A stretch of 64,000 nucleotides of DNA from Phyllosticta citribraziliensis (Eukaryota). Made by a program: the position numbers and the translations under genes. Positions 13,012-24,395 of this stretch are shown here, in pieces. The DNA is taken from the NCBI RefSeq assembly GCF_038025025.1, contig NW_027117341.1:434001-498000 (forward strand), in the 5' to 3' direction. The notes beneath the pieces are model-generated. The model worked only from the letters and a program-made list of their open reading frames with translations. It was not told where the DNA came from and did not search any database. Numbering within the stretch: position 1 is the first letter of the stretch; every line of letters starts with the position of its first letter.

Positions 13012-14880
13012 CTACATACCTACCTCCCCCCCCGCCACGGTGGCCGCTCTCGCCGGATCGTGCAACTCGTACGGCGGCGGCGGTTCGGCCGGGACGCTGT
13101 ACTGTCTGCCCTGCGCGTGCGCGTTGGCGTTGCTGCTGCCCGGGGACGTCGCGGTGCCGCCGTCATCGCCAACGCCAACCCCAACGCCTCGTGCGGTTTT
13201 GCTTGGTTGCGATTGCGTTTGCGTCGCCGTGCCTTTGAAGGAGACGGATTTACTGTGGCTGCCGGAGAGCTCGTCCTCAGCGTCGTCGTCGTCGTCGTCT
13301 TGCTCTTCTTCTTGGTTTTGGTCGTCTTCTCTGTCCACACGCTCCCGCGCATCTCTTCTGGCGCGCTTGGAGGCGGAGGAGGGCAGCGACGGAGATGTCT
13401 CGGCGCTGCTGCGGTCGAGATCATCGTCGTCGTTGTCATCGGCGCCGTCATCAGCGTCGGCTGCGTCGCCGTCGGCAGTTCCGTCGGTAACGGGCCCACG
13501 CCGCCGCTTCTTCTTCGTCCCGGGCGCTGCTCCGTTCGTCCGACGACCGCCGACGCCGCCGGCCGTACTGTTTGTATTATTGTTGTTGTTTTCGCGTTTG
13601 CGTTGATTTGGTTGATTTGGCAGTTGTTGCTGCTGCCGCCGTTTCGACGCCTTCAGCGGCTGCACAAGTCCTGCAGTCGCGTCTGCCATAACGGCGGCGC
13701 CATCATTCGCTGCATCAGCACTGTTCCCAGCTTTCCCCGCTGTCTTGGTCCTTGCTTTCGCCGGCCGCGGTAGTGGCAGCACAACTCGCGGCGCAGCGTT
13801 GCCCGCACCAATGCCGTCGGCCAGCGGCGCCGTCGACGCGTAGGCGACTAATGACTGGAAGAGCGCCCTCAGGGCGGCGCGCACGCTGGCGGGAGCAGAC
13901 GCGGGATTGACGAGTTTGACTTTGGCGTCAGAGGAGAGGGCGACGAGGGGCGGGATGACGAGCTTGGAGACGTGGATGGAAGCGTGGGTGAGGGGGAGCG
14001 CGAGGTGCGCAGAGAGGTAGGCGGAGAGCGCAGCGGAGAAGGGGCCAGTGAGCGCGGGAGGATGGTTGTGGTAGGAATGCTGCGTTTGTGGTGGGTGTAG
14101 GATTGACGGGTCGGCAGTGACGAGCTGCGTGCCGCGTGATAGATATTCGGACACGTCGTCTTGCGCTATTCGAATATCGATGCCGCGGAGAAGGGCGGGC
14201 GTGCCGGCGTGGAATATGCTAGGGAAGGATAATTGGAGTTGGAGCGGCCCTTTCAGAACGTCGGCGACTGTGTCGATGGAGGCGTCTGCGTCGATTTGTT
14301 GGAGTAGCGTCTCAAGGGTAGAGGAGAGGAAAGAAGAGTGTAGTTTGAGCGGCGCAACGCGGGCGTCGAAGGTGGTGCTGAGGTGGTCGACGAAGGTGTC
14401 GCGCACCCCCGATGGCATTCGGACAAGAAGGAGTGGGAGAGACGTGAAATCGGCCAAGCTGGATGGACTCGGCTTCTCTGGATCTCGCAATATCAGGGCC
14501 GAGTATGTGGCTTTTTGGTAGCGCAGCTGGACGTGTATGCCTCTGGCTTCGTGCGCCTTCACGATTGGCGCCTGAGTAAACTCTCCTGGCTCTTCCTCGT
14601 CCTCATTCTCCCGATGTATCCTCTCCCAAGACTTCTCATCTCCTATGAGATCCCATGTGCAGTCCTCCAACGACCCTCGGTTGTCCCCCACGTCCAAAAA
14701 GCCAACGTCAACACCTCGTAGCGTGTCGCCGCGGAGTATGTCCTTCAATCGCCGGGCGTGTGCGCGAAGTGAGCGGCTTTGTAGAAGCGGATTGGATCCA
14801 TGATACAGAGGCGATATGCGATATGCGGAAAATGTCGAGTTGTACAGTGGGTAATCGGGGACAGGGTCGTCGTCAGCCAT
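13012..14880 (-). CDS. Kinetochore Sim4/CCAN subunit CENP-L (Fta1)-like protein with long low-complexity C-terminus
   Basis: Single 622-aa ORF. N-terminal 'PLYNSTFSAYRISPLYH...HARRLKDILRGDTLRGV' and 'FTSLPLLLVRMP...HLSTTFDARVAPLKL' resemble fungal Fta1/CENP-L from memory; no search was run. Confidence 0.75.
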   Translation of the reverse strand: MADDDPVPDYPLYNSTFSAYRISPLYHGSNPLLQSRSLRAHARRLKDILRGDTLRGVDVGFLDVGDNRGSLEDCTWDLIGDEKSWERIHRENEDEEEPGEFTQAPIVKAHEARGIHVQLRYQKATYSALILRDPEKPSPSSLADFTSLPLLLVRMPSGVRDTFVDHLSTTFDARVAPLKLHSSFLSSTLETLLQQIDADASIDTVADVLKGPLQLQLSFPSIFHAGTPALLRGIDIRIAQDDVSEYLSRGTQLVTADPSILHPPQTQHSYHNHPPALTGPFSAALSAYLSAHLALPLTHASIHVSKLVIPPLVALSSDAKVKLVNPASAPASVRAALRALFQSLVAYASTAPLADGIGAGNAAPRVVLPLPRPAKARTKTAGKAGNSADAANDGAAVMADATAGLVQPLKASKRRQQQQLPNQPNQRKRENNNNNTNSTAGGVGGRRTNGAAPGTKKKRRRGPVTDGTADGDAADADDGADDNDDDDLDRSSAETSPSLPSSASKRARRDARERVDREDDQNQEEEQDDDDDDAEDELSGSHSKSVSFKGTATQTQSQPSKTARGVGVGVGDDGGTATSPGSSNANAHAQGRQYSVPAEPPPPYELHDPARAATVAGGEVGM

Positions 14881-15443
14881 GGCGAAGTGGATTTGCGCAC
14901 GCTACGCGAAGCGCGTCAAGATGGAAAGCGACGCGCAAAGGACTACCTGGACGTGTCAGAAGCAGTGTCTGGACGCGCCATGTCCTGGGATCCGAGGAGA
15001 CCTTGATCGGAGCGAGGGCGGGGAAGAGGTGTTGAAGATTGCGGTGCGGTTGTTTACCACGGGCGGGCAGCATGACGGGAGTCCGGCGCGTCCAGGCCCG
15101 CTTCGGCAAAGCTTCGTCGGTCTTGTTCCGGAAATCCCTGTCGCACATCACCCGCTCGTCTCCACACAGTTCCCTCCCTGTCTTGATGTCCACTCCATCA
15201 TGGAGCTTTCCCACCTGGTGGGACTTTTGAGATATTGGATGACCAAGTCCTTCCCTTCCAGACATCCGGACTTGTCATCGAAAACTGTCATCCCATGGCA
15301 GTAGAGAGGAAGAGGCATACAAATCTCGACTTTGTATTGTTGCACAGGAAACGGCCTTCAGGAACAATGCCGCCACCTCCTACTATAATCAACAGATCAA
15401 CAGAGCATGGGTATCTGGACTGGCCTGGACTGGAAAATAAAAT

Positions 15444-17037
15444 CTATGCATCCAACACCTTCAACATGTCCTCCTTATTCACAAACTTTGCCCTCTCCTT
15501 TCCCAACTCCTTCCCCTTGGCCCTCTCCGTCCCATCAATCTTCTTCCAGTCTTCCCAGCTTACAGTCCTCAGCCCCCTTCTTTTTGCCTCATCCCTCAAA
15601 GCATCCCAACCTCCGGCGTCTCCGTCGATGAACTTGGCCTGTTGTGCCCAGTCCTGCACAATCGTATCCGCCGTGGCAAATGCGTCGTCCATGGTCGTTG
15701 CAATCACTCCCGTCGGTCCGTTCTTGACCCATCCCGCACAGTAAAGCCCTGGCAAATGCATCGCAGTCAATTCTCCAGGCCCAGAATCCGGATCCACGAC
15801 TCTTCCTCGGCCATCGTTGGGAATGACACCGCGCCGGTCATTGAACGGGACGCCGATGTCGCTCATTTCGGGAAGCTTTGCAGACTTGTAGCCCACAGAG
15901 CGAAATGCGACACTTGCGGGAAGGACTTCGGATTCCGGGGTGGCAACGACAGAAGCGTCTTTGGCAAAGACGGACGTCGGAGGATCAAAGGCATTCTTGG
16001 TAAAGGTGACGCTCGAAAGGGAAGTTGGGTCGGTGGATGATGCGTTGAACGAGGTAGGGCTAAGAAGAAACTTGAAGGTCCAATTCTTGGCTGCCACTTC
16101 GGCAGGAGTTTTGGCCGGGCTCTTGAACATTTTCAAGAGACGCTGCTGAGGGCGCGACAAGGCTTTGGCATCAGCTTCGCCGGGGAAAAAAGATTCATCG
16201 AGAGGCGCAAAATGAGCGCCAGGGAGATTGAAAAGCTCGCGGGCTTCTTTGTTGGAGAATGCGGCTTGCCAGGGTCCTCTTCGCCCTACAATCTTGACCG
16301 ACTTGACTCTGCTTTTGGCGAGGGCGCTAGCTGCGTGCTCCGCAATGTCGGTCTTTCTGAGTTCTCCCAGGTCGCACAACAGTATGCGAGCTACGTCCAA
16401 GGAGACGTTTCCTTGACCGATAATAACGGCCTCCTCCCCAGCATCGAGCTTGGGGTTCAGGTCTGCAAATTCCGGCAGACCATTATACCATCCAACAAAT
16501 GCTCTCGCCGAGTATACGCCTTCTAGATCTTCACCGGGAACACCGAGCTTCTTGTCGTAAGATGCGCCATAGGAAAAAAGGACGGCGTCGTAGTGGGGAA
16601 CTAGTTGCTTCAACGGAATATCGTGTCCTATATTTACGTTCCCCACAAAATTGAAGCGTGGGGATGCGGCGACTTCTTCAAACTTTTCCTGGCATTTCTG
16701 CGACATGTCAGACGTGAGTCACCGCTAGAGCTAAGAAACCAACCTTGACTTCTGGATGGTCTGGAGCCACTCCAAAGCGCACCAGACCAAAGGGGACCGG
16801 CAGTTGCTCGTACATGTCCACCACGGCATCTGGAATCCTGTTCATGACTCTGTAGGCAGAGTAGAATCCCGCGGGACCCGAGCCGATGACGGCCAGGCGG
16901 AAGGGCTTGTCGCCGCGCGCATAGGGTACCGTGGCATAGGATCGTGCGGAGAGCAAGGACCGTTTGGGCGCAATGCGAGCCCGCAGCTCCAAGGTGCAGG
17001 AACGGCAGACAAAGGGAGCGCGGCGCGCAAGTGACAT
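15444..17037 (-). CDS. ARH1: NADPH:adrenodoxin (ferredoxin) oxidoreductase, mitochondrial
   Basis: Exons 17037-16744, 16697-15444. FAD motif 'IGSGPAGFY', 'PFGLVRFGVAPDHPEVK', NADP motif 'IGQGNVSLDVAR', and 'GWVKNGPTGVIATTM'. Confidence 0.95.
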
Positions 17038-17676
17038 GTTTTGGTGTTCTGTCACAGAAGAGGGACTGGACTGGAGCTGGCAGTTCCTTGAGCCCCGCGC
17101 TAGCGTCCCCGTGCGCGTCATCGGCCCGGTCGTCGATCTTCGGCCCGCACCCCACAAGCCATCAACACCAGGACCACCGCACACATCAACTCCAACGACT
17201 GGCTGGGAGAGGCTGGTCGCACATCGTCCGTCCTGATCGAGTCGTGGGCGGACGGGAGGCTGGATTCATGTCTCAAACGCATGCGGGCGGGCCCTGGATG
17301 GGGCGGTTGTTGTCAGCGCGACAGGAGCCCGTCACCCGTCACCTATCATCAAAAGCCGCCGCAACATGTCGAGGCATCTCCGGCCGAGTGGTACCACGAG
17401 GGCCAAGCTCGTCTGTCTGCGACTCTGCCGCATCTCACGCGCTCAATGGCTGGCCAGGATGCGGCATTCGCCAGTCGCACACGACCAGGTTATCGTTGCT
17501 CGGGCGACGCTGCCGTGTAAACGCTGGGGGCTGCCTTTATGATGGCATCCGCTCTCAACCTTCCATGTGCCAGCCTTTGCTCTCCTTGCCCTTGGTATCA
17601 TCCTCCTCATGCAGCCTTGTTGGTCCTGCTGAGCCATTGCGACTTCATTCTTCGTCTTTTTCCCTAGGCTGTCGTC

Positions 17677-19911
17677 ATGGGCGGTCCTGACCAGCCTTAT
17701 ATTTACGAGCCGCAGCGGAACTCGGTCACGTCCGACTCTTTGTACGGCTTCAATCCAAAAGCCGTCACCCAGGCGAGTAGAGCCGCTGCAAGAGCAGCTG
17801 CTTCCAAAACCCCAGCCAGCTCTGTTCGCGAAGGCCCCTTGATCGACTTTAACCGCCACCCCGACAGCTATCTCATCGGACAATATGACCACTCAGACGT
17901 GGAGCCCATGAACCCAAAAACCAAGGAAAGGGTCAATTGGGCCAAATGGATCCAATTCGCTTTCCGAGCTCTCCAATTGATCGCTGCAATCGGGTTATTG
18001 ATCTGCGTCATTTGCATCAAGGGAACCCAAGGCTTGGAGGGCTGGATAATCAGAGTCTCGGTCAGTTTGCTCAAGAACTGCAAGATACATGACTGATTTG
18101 ACCAGGTCGCGGTGGATGTTGTCTGCATCCTCTATGCTGTGTACCATCTGATGCGCCGAGTCGCTGGACGCGCGCCGGCGAGCGCTGCGAGCTACCACTT
18201 CTTTGCCCTGTTTGCTGACGTCGCCTTGATTCCTTTTTACGTCTTTACTGCCATGATGGCAAAGAGCAATCTTTCGGAGGCAGTTGGTGCCGAAGGGCGC
18301 TGGCGCACCTTTTTCAAGTCTGAATCGGCCACCAATAGCATCTTCAGCGCTACTTGGCTTACAGGAGTTACCATCGGAGGTCTGCACCTGATTTCGGTTT
18401 TTCTGGATCTTTACCTCTTAATCATCTTCCGCAAGATTTCAAACCTGCCGCCAGACATGAATCCATTGGACGACGAAATGACGTCCGAGGAACTGCGCCG
18501 AAAGCAGATGCGGTCGTCCTCAATGTCCGAGTTTATAGCCCCAGACAAGCGGTTCAGCGATCTGACTGGAAGTACTGTCAACCTGCCGAGTCCATCTCGT
18601 GCCTCCCTTCTCGAGGAACCTCCTTTACCAGACCTCCGCTCCATGCCTTTTGCACAGACACGCAAGGACGGCCAATTCTCTTACTCTCCCCACACTCCGC
18701 GCTCGGCACGCGAATCTCGGACCAGTCTACACATTTATACGCAGCCTTACTCTGCTCACTCGTCCCGTGCAGACCTCCACAGCCGGGACGGCAGTCAGAG
18801 TCCAGCCAAATCGACCGTTCCCAGCGTGTTTTCAAGGTGTGATAGTCCCACCAAGACTGTCGCATCGAGTGTGTATTCGACGTCCACTGGTGGTGGTAAG
18901 AATCACTCTGCGCCTTGCTCGCCACCTCGGTCCTCCCACCAAACCAAGCGCAAAAGCCTGCAAAATGACAATTGGTTCGTGCTCGCGGACCCAGAGGAGC
19001 CCCATGAAAGCCAGCCACTGAACCGCCGCTACTCTTTCGAGGCCGAAGACGACAAGGCCATTCCTCTGCAGCCATATAGAGACAATGCGCACGCGGGGCT
19101 CAGGTTCTCCTTCAACCTTGACAGCAGCCCCCTGACGGGACCGAACTCGTCTCCGACCAGCGCCCAAAACAATTCTTCGCCGGCACACCTGCGCCCCTCA
19201 CCTCTCCGCATGAATCCACCCTCGCCAGGCATCAAATCAGCGAGCCCACCTCCGCCAATGCCCTTTAGCCGCACCAGCACGATCAGCAGCGACCGCAGCT
19301 CCAACATTGGCCGCGCGCTCACCACGGCGTCAACCGTGACGCGCACGACGGCCGACTGGTCGACAACGGACTGGACCAAGCAGCCGGCCGGCGGCAGCAG
19401 CAACCTAAAGGCCGGCAAAAAGGGCCGCTACTACGGCGACCTGCGCAGCGCGACGGCCGCCGTCACGGGCAAAGACTCGCCGCACTACTACTCGGCCGCC
19501 AACACCAACAGCCGCAACAGCCCGGCGTCGTCGGCTCCTCACAGCGCCGGCCCCAGCCCTGGCGCCACGCCCTCACCCAGCAGCGCAAAGAAGGCCAAAG
19601 CCGCCGCGCGCTACAAGGCCGCCACGACGCTCTCTCCCGCCACGGCCAACGCCAACGCCTCTCCCTCCAAGGCCAAGGCGCAGAAGCAGCTCGGCATCAG
19701 CCCGGAGCGGTCCGGGTACGCGCGCGTCGAGGCCGGCCCCCGCGTCGTCAGTCGCTCCGGCGTCGATCTGCAGATTCCGTTTGGTGACGAAAACGGCGAT
19801 TTGGGTTTGGGCCGCAATCGCCACGTTAGCGGGAAGATGGCCGAGGAGGGACGGGTGGGCGCGGGTGCGTGGGAGGGGTTGGTGCAGCGGAAGGTCAGTG
19901 GGTTGGCGTAG
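17677..19911 (+). CDS. Fungal membrane protein: N-terminal 4-TM (MARVEL-like) domain and long Ser/Pro-rich cytoplasmic tail
   Basis: Exons 17677-18060, 18106-19911 (GTCAGT...CAG intron). Four hydrophobic segments start at 'FRALQLIAAIGLLICVICI', followed by 'FRKISNLPPDMNPL' and a disordered tail ending 'GKMAEEGR'. Confidence 0.75.
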
Positions 19912-20731
19912 TAAGCGTGGACTGAGGCTTGCTTGCCTGGTGTGCGGAATTTTGGCTTCTTGTTGAATGTGCTTTGCGGTCTTGTTGGATTGCGGAATGC
20001 CTTTGGTGTGTGTGTGTACGCGCGCGAGCTCAAAAGCTTTGACGTGGTGGACGGGCGGTGGGCGGTCGTGGTGGGGCGATGGTGTTGACGATGTTGACGA
20101 TTCCTTTGGACACGGGTTACGGGATTCGACGAGACATGGAAACGACGTACGGATTTTGTCCTGGCGTTCTTGCTTTTTCTTTCGTTTTTGTTTTCGCTAT
20201 TGGAACTGCTGGCTCTTCAGCAAGGATGAAGGGTGATGGCGTGGCAGTAAAGTATATTATAGTATAGTAGTATAGCTCAGTTCAGCTGAGCTTTGTTGAG
20301 TAGGTAGCGGAGAAAGAGGATGAGGATGAAAGGGGGGAGAGGGTGAGGGGGGACTAGGAAAGGCTGAATGAATAACGGACTATTCTTAATCTTGGATTCG
20401 GTTTTCCGGATGAAGTGAAGCAGGATCCGAAAGTGTGAAGCTTCCACACTTGGGGATTGAAGTGCTCTCCATCATTCGCAAGGTGGGAATTAAGAACGTC
20501 GTTGCTGCACAACAGTGAAGTGTAAATTGCATCCTCAACGCAGAGTCGCCGAGTTTTGAGACATATGGGCGGCTTCCCGTGAGGAAAGGAAAGACAAGAC
20601 AGTGTCTCAGGGCCTCCGAGTCCCAATCGCAACAGCAAAGTCAGTTTGACCAGGACTTCGTCTCCTCAGGAACTTGCGTCAACTGACTGTCTGGCAGACT
20701 GTAGTGGGTTTTGCGGGGTGGAGTGTGGTGG

Positions 20732-23113
20732 TTTTATACCTCAGAAGCTCTTCGCCGGACAACTCATCGGCACATGGAAATCTACGCGGCGATGCTCGTG
20801 CTGTCAAATGACCGCCTTGCGCGCATGTCAATCAGCAGCAGAGATAGCAGCAACAGGTAGGCTGGCTCATGAAAGCATCAGCCCCGCTTCAGGTGTGCTT
20901 GTGATGAGCAGTAGACGTATAAAAGCCTTGCGGACAAGAGAGACAGTGGTGTTTGACTGCAGACAACCTCTTGCGAGTTCAAGAGGGCGACGCATCTAAC
21001 GATGACTGCGGTCTTCTTTGGCCTGCGAGTGTTCGTGTGCACTTTCGGTGGTTGGGAGTTGGAGTCAGAGCTTGGAGAGACGGTGGAAATTTCGATGGTC
21101 AAAGACGGGACGGTACTTCATCATTATGGCGAAATGTTGATGGCCCTCAGCACGCTGATGTCTTTTGAGACACTGCCTTTCAGATAGTGACAAGACTCTG
21201 TCAATCCAGAGCAAGCAGTACAAATCCAAGAAATCGAGATCAACGACACAACGACTCTGCAGAGTGCACCCGTCCAACTGAGGCTTTTTTACCCGGCAGG
21301 CCTGTGCAAAGGTTGTTAACAAGTAAATTCAAGCGGAGCCCGGCGTGGTTTTATACCTGCCACGCCGCCCCGTGAGTCAGACCAGTCAGCACAAGAAGCA
21401 CATGCACAATAAGGGCGTCGTGGGCATAAAAGCAGCTCAGTTCCCTCTCTTCTGCGGCGCATCTCACGAACGAGATAGATGATTCATTAAAAGTCACTGT
21501 CAAAGAGGACTACACTGTTCCGCGCTTGATACAACAATCTCTATCACTTTTTGTTCTCTTTTATTGGTGTAGGGCTCTGGCTGCGCGTCAATGGCTAGTG
21601 ATGCTGATTGACATGATGTAATAGCATCAACCTCCATTATCATCATCCCACCATAGCCTTCACGACCCTAGAGTCCAATGGGGCATAGAAAGCTAAAGCA
21701 CAGAAAAACAGAACAGAACAGAACAGACAAAGTAGAGCTAGGCAAAGTAACTCCGCCAAACAAGTCAGGTTGTGTTCCAGGATCTTTACCGCGGCAAAGT
21801 CACACCGGCCGCGAACTTCTTGTTCAAGATTGTGCGGAGGTGGATGTGTGTTGAGAGAATGTGGCGAGGTTGTGCGCTTTTATACTTGCGCCGTCTTGGC
21901 AGGGAGGTAGTCACGCGCGTGGAGGCTTCGAGCGCTGACGCGGAGTGCCGACGCGGAGAGACCGAAGGTGTGGGTATAAAAGCCGGACTTCCTTCGCTCT
22001 AGGTTCTTTCTTCAGTCAACAGATCCGCCGGCGGCGTTTGGATGTCAAGTTCTTACTGGAACGCTGAACTGTTTTTGGTCGGCCTGCTTCTCCTCCTCAC
22101 TTCCCAGGAAATTCCACATATTTATTCTGACTGCGTGATAGATGCTAAAAGTTAAAGAAGCCATTCTCCATCACGCAGCACTGACGGCACTCTTTACTAC
22201 TCCCTCATCATAGTGACTGCCGCGGTAGAGGTCTATATGGTAGAGAAAAGAAGGCAAAGCAGCGCAGCGCAGCCAAACAAGTGGTATTTTTGAAAGCGTT
22301 CCGCCAGCAGAGTACCAGGTAATCGAAATTTCTCTCTTTCTACATGGTGGAAAGCTGGATGTCTGTTAAGAGAATGCGGGCAGAGGTCGTGGCCTTTTAT
22401 ACTGCCGCACTCTGGAAGTTGACTGGGAAAGCGGAGTGGATGGGGCACGTGGACCCTTCAAGACTCCGCGGGAACGCCGGGCGAGGATACGGGTGTAAAG
22501 GCTGGAATTCCTTCGCACTGCATTCTTTCTGCAGAACAGTTTCGCCTTTCCCGAGTACCAAATATGACAACCGTGGCTTCAATGGTACTGCTCTTGCCCT
22601 GGTTGCGGCTGCTCTCTATTTCCTTCTTCACTTCCCCGGAGAAATTTATGTTCTGGCTACGCGACAGACACTGAAGGCTGGCAACGCCATTCTCCATCAC
22701 GCAGCGCCGACGCCATCCTTCACCACTTCCTCATCACAGTAACTGCACCACACCGCAGCGACTCAAGTCTGTAGGGCGAGCAACGCAAGAGAGAGCAAGA
22801 TGAAGCGGAGTAGACGGACAAGCAAACAAGTCGAAGATCTTCTTTCATGTGTGGGAGCTCCTTGAGTTTTTTGTGCTGACAAAAGACACTCAAAGCTCGC
22901 CTGGCGAGGAAGATGCTCCAGCAGATTGAATAGCGAGATATATACCCATCGGTGCCGCTGCTGCAGCCGGCGCGTCGCGATCAGCTGCAAAACACATGAC
23001 AGAATAAGAGAGCTGCCGGGCAGGTGGATAGCACATTAACCCGGGCTCGTGATACCTGCCCGCCCACCTGGCTACCTTAGCTGAAGAGAGTGAGTGAGCG
23101 AGTGGATATATAA
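20732..23113. promoter_or_regulatory. Five periodically spaced divergent TATA-box pairs
   Basis: Minus-strand TATA elements at 20732, 21349, 21878, 22395, 22938. Plus-strand elements at 20918 (TATAAAA), 21425 (CATAAAA), 21975 (TATAAAA), 22494 (degenerate TGTAAAG), 23107 (TATATAA). Promoter activity is inferred. Confidence 0.55.
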
Positions 23114-23350
23114 CCCACCCTCCCTCCCTCTCCTTCGCAATCTGCATAGTGCCCAGTTTCCTCACGCACGACAGGAAATCTCCTTTTACGGCCAAAATGA
23201 CTGGGTTACAGCAGAAGCAACGATCATGGTACTGTTTTTGTCGTCACCTCTTTGTTTTTCACTGCCTAGTCTGTTTAGTGAAAGTTTCTAGGTAAATTGC
23301 ATTTCATCATCATCAACCAAAACATTTCTTTAGCAAGACGTCACATTACT
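21300..23350. repeat. Diverged tandem repeat of about 515-550 bp (2 clear copies, 2 more degenerate; possibly extends to about 20730)
   Basis: Collinear shared blocks: GCCATTCTCCATCACGCAGC at 22160 and 22686; CAAACAAGT at 21757/22274/22823; TGGATGTnTGTTnAGAGAATG at 21841/22356; TCCTTCGC at 21990/22509/23131; TCTGRCTRCGYG at 21576/22126/22652; GTGGTTTTATACCT at about 20728/21345. Confidence 0.8.
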
Positions 23351-24073
23351 ATCCCCCACCATTCCCACCTGATGCTGAAGTTGAAGTAGAAATCAGAAGG
23401 AGAGGAGGAGGCAGACGCAACAGTTTTTTTTCTGGAATAAAGTAAAGCGCACCAAAAACCGTTCCACTCACCACCGCACTCACATAGTCGTCACATAGCC
23501 ATGAGCCCCTCACGTGCCCCCCCTACCTCATCTGCTTAAGCACCCACGCGCTCTGCCCACCTGCCAGCCTCCCCGCTTACCTGCCAGCGCACCAGCCACC
23601 TTGAACTAGAATCATGCACGTACACGCGCACGTGCACAGCACAGCACATACACCACCACCCCAGACAAACTAGCACCCTGGCCCCCTATAAAACCCCAGA
23701 AGCGCGCCGCCCCAAACTGCAACCGCAACCACAACTGCAACCTCAGTCCCTGACAGCTGGATCGGGGATCTGACAGGAAGCTAAGCTCTCTCCACCCTCC
23801 TTTCACTGCCTGTTCTGGGTCGCAGAGGGAGCACTGACTGTGTGGTGGGGTTTTGTGCGCGGTTATAAAGTGAGGGATGGGGAAGGTGAGGGAAGGTGAG
23901 GGAAGAAGGGACAGGCAGATAGCTATACATGAGATGGGTTGATGATGGTAGTCGCTGTTTCGATGTGGTGGCGGCGCACCACGACGTGTGGGTGGGAAAG
24001 TGGGAAGTCAGGAAGTCTGAGGCGTGATGCGTGTATGAAATGATGGACACACCCTTCACGATATTACCATGCA

Positions 24074-24395
24074 CTGACTGTACTTGACTTGACTGTACTT
24101 TGCTGTCTGCCTATCTGCCTGTCTGTCTGTCTGCCTGCCAACGGATCTGTCCATCCATTCACTTGTCCATCTGTACCCATCTCTCTCTGTGTCTGTCTGT
24201 CTGTCTGTCTGTCCATCCAACAACCTGTACCCACATTCCTTACCAATCAATCCCAACAACCGACTAGGAGTCAGTGCCCTCCAACCCACCCATCCAATAA
24301 AAACGGGGACAGGCACTTTGGCCCTCGCAAACTGCACACACTACTCCATCCATCCATCTGTCCACCATCCATCCAACATGATCCATCCATCCATG
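24074..24395. repeat. Microsatellite cluster (CTGT)n / (CATC)n
   Basis: Runs of ctgt/ctgc at about 24104-24138 and 24187-24213, and catc at about 24347-24393, downstream of the RhoGAP gene. Confidence 0.85.

Noticed and set aside
20300..23400. Transposon relic, RIP-mutated element or CRISPR-like array as explanation of the repeat region
   Set aside because: No transposase or reverse-transcriptase remnants, terminal inverted repeats, LTR ends or strong TpA enrichment were seen. Units are long and diverged rather than short identical repeats with spacers.
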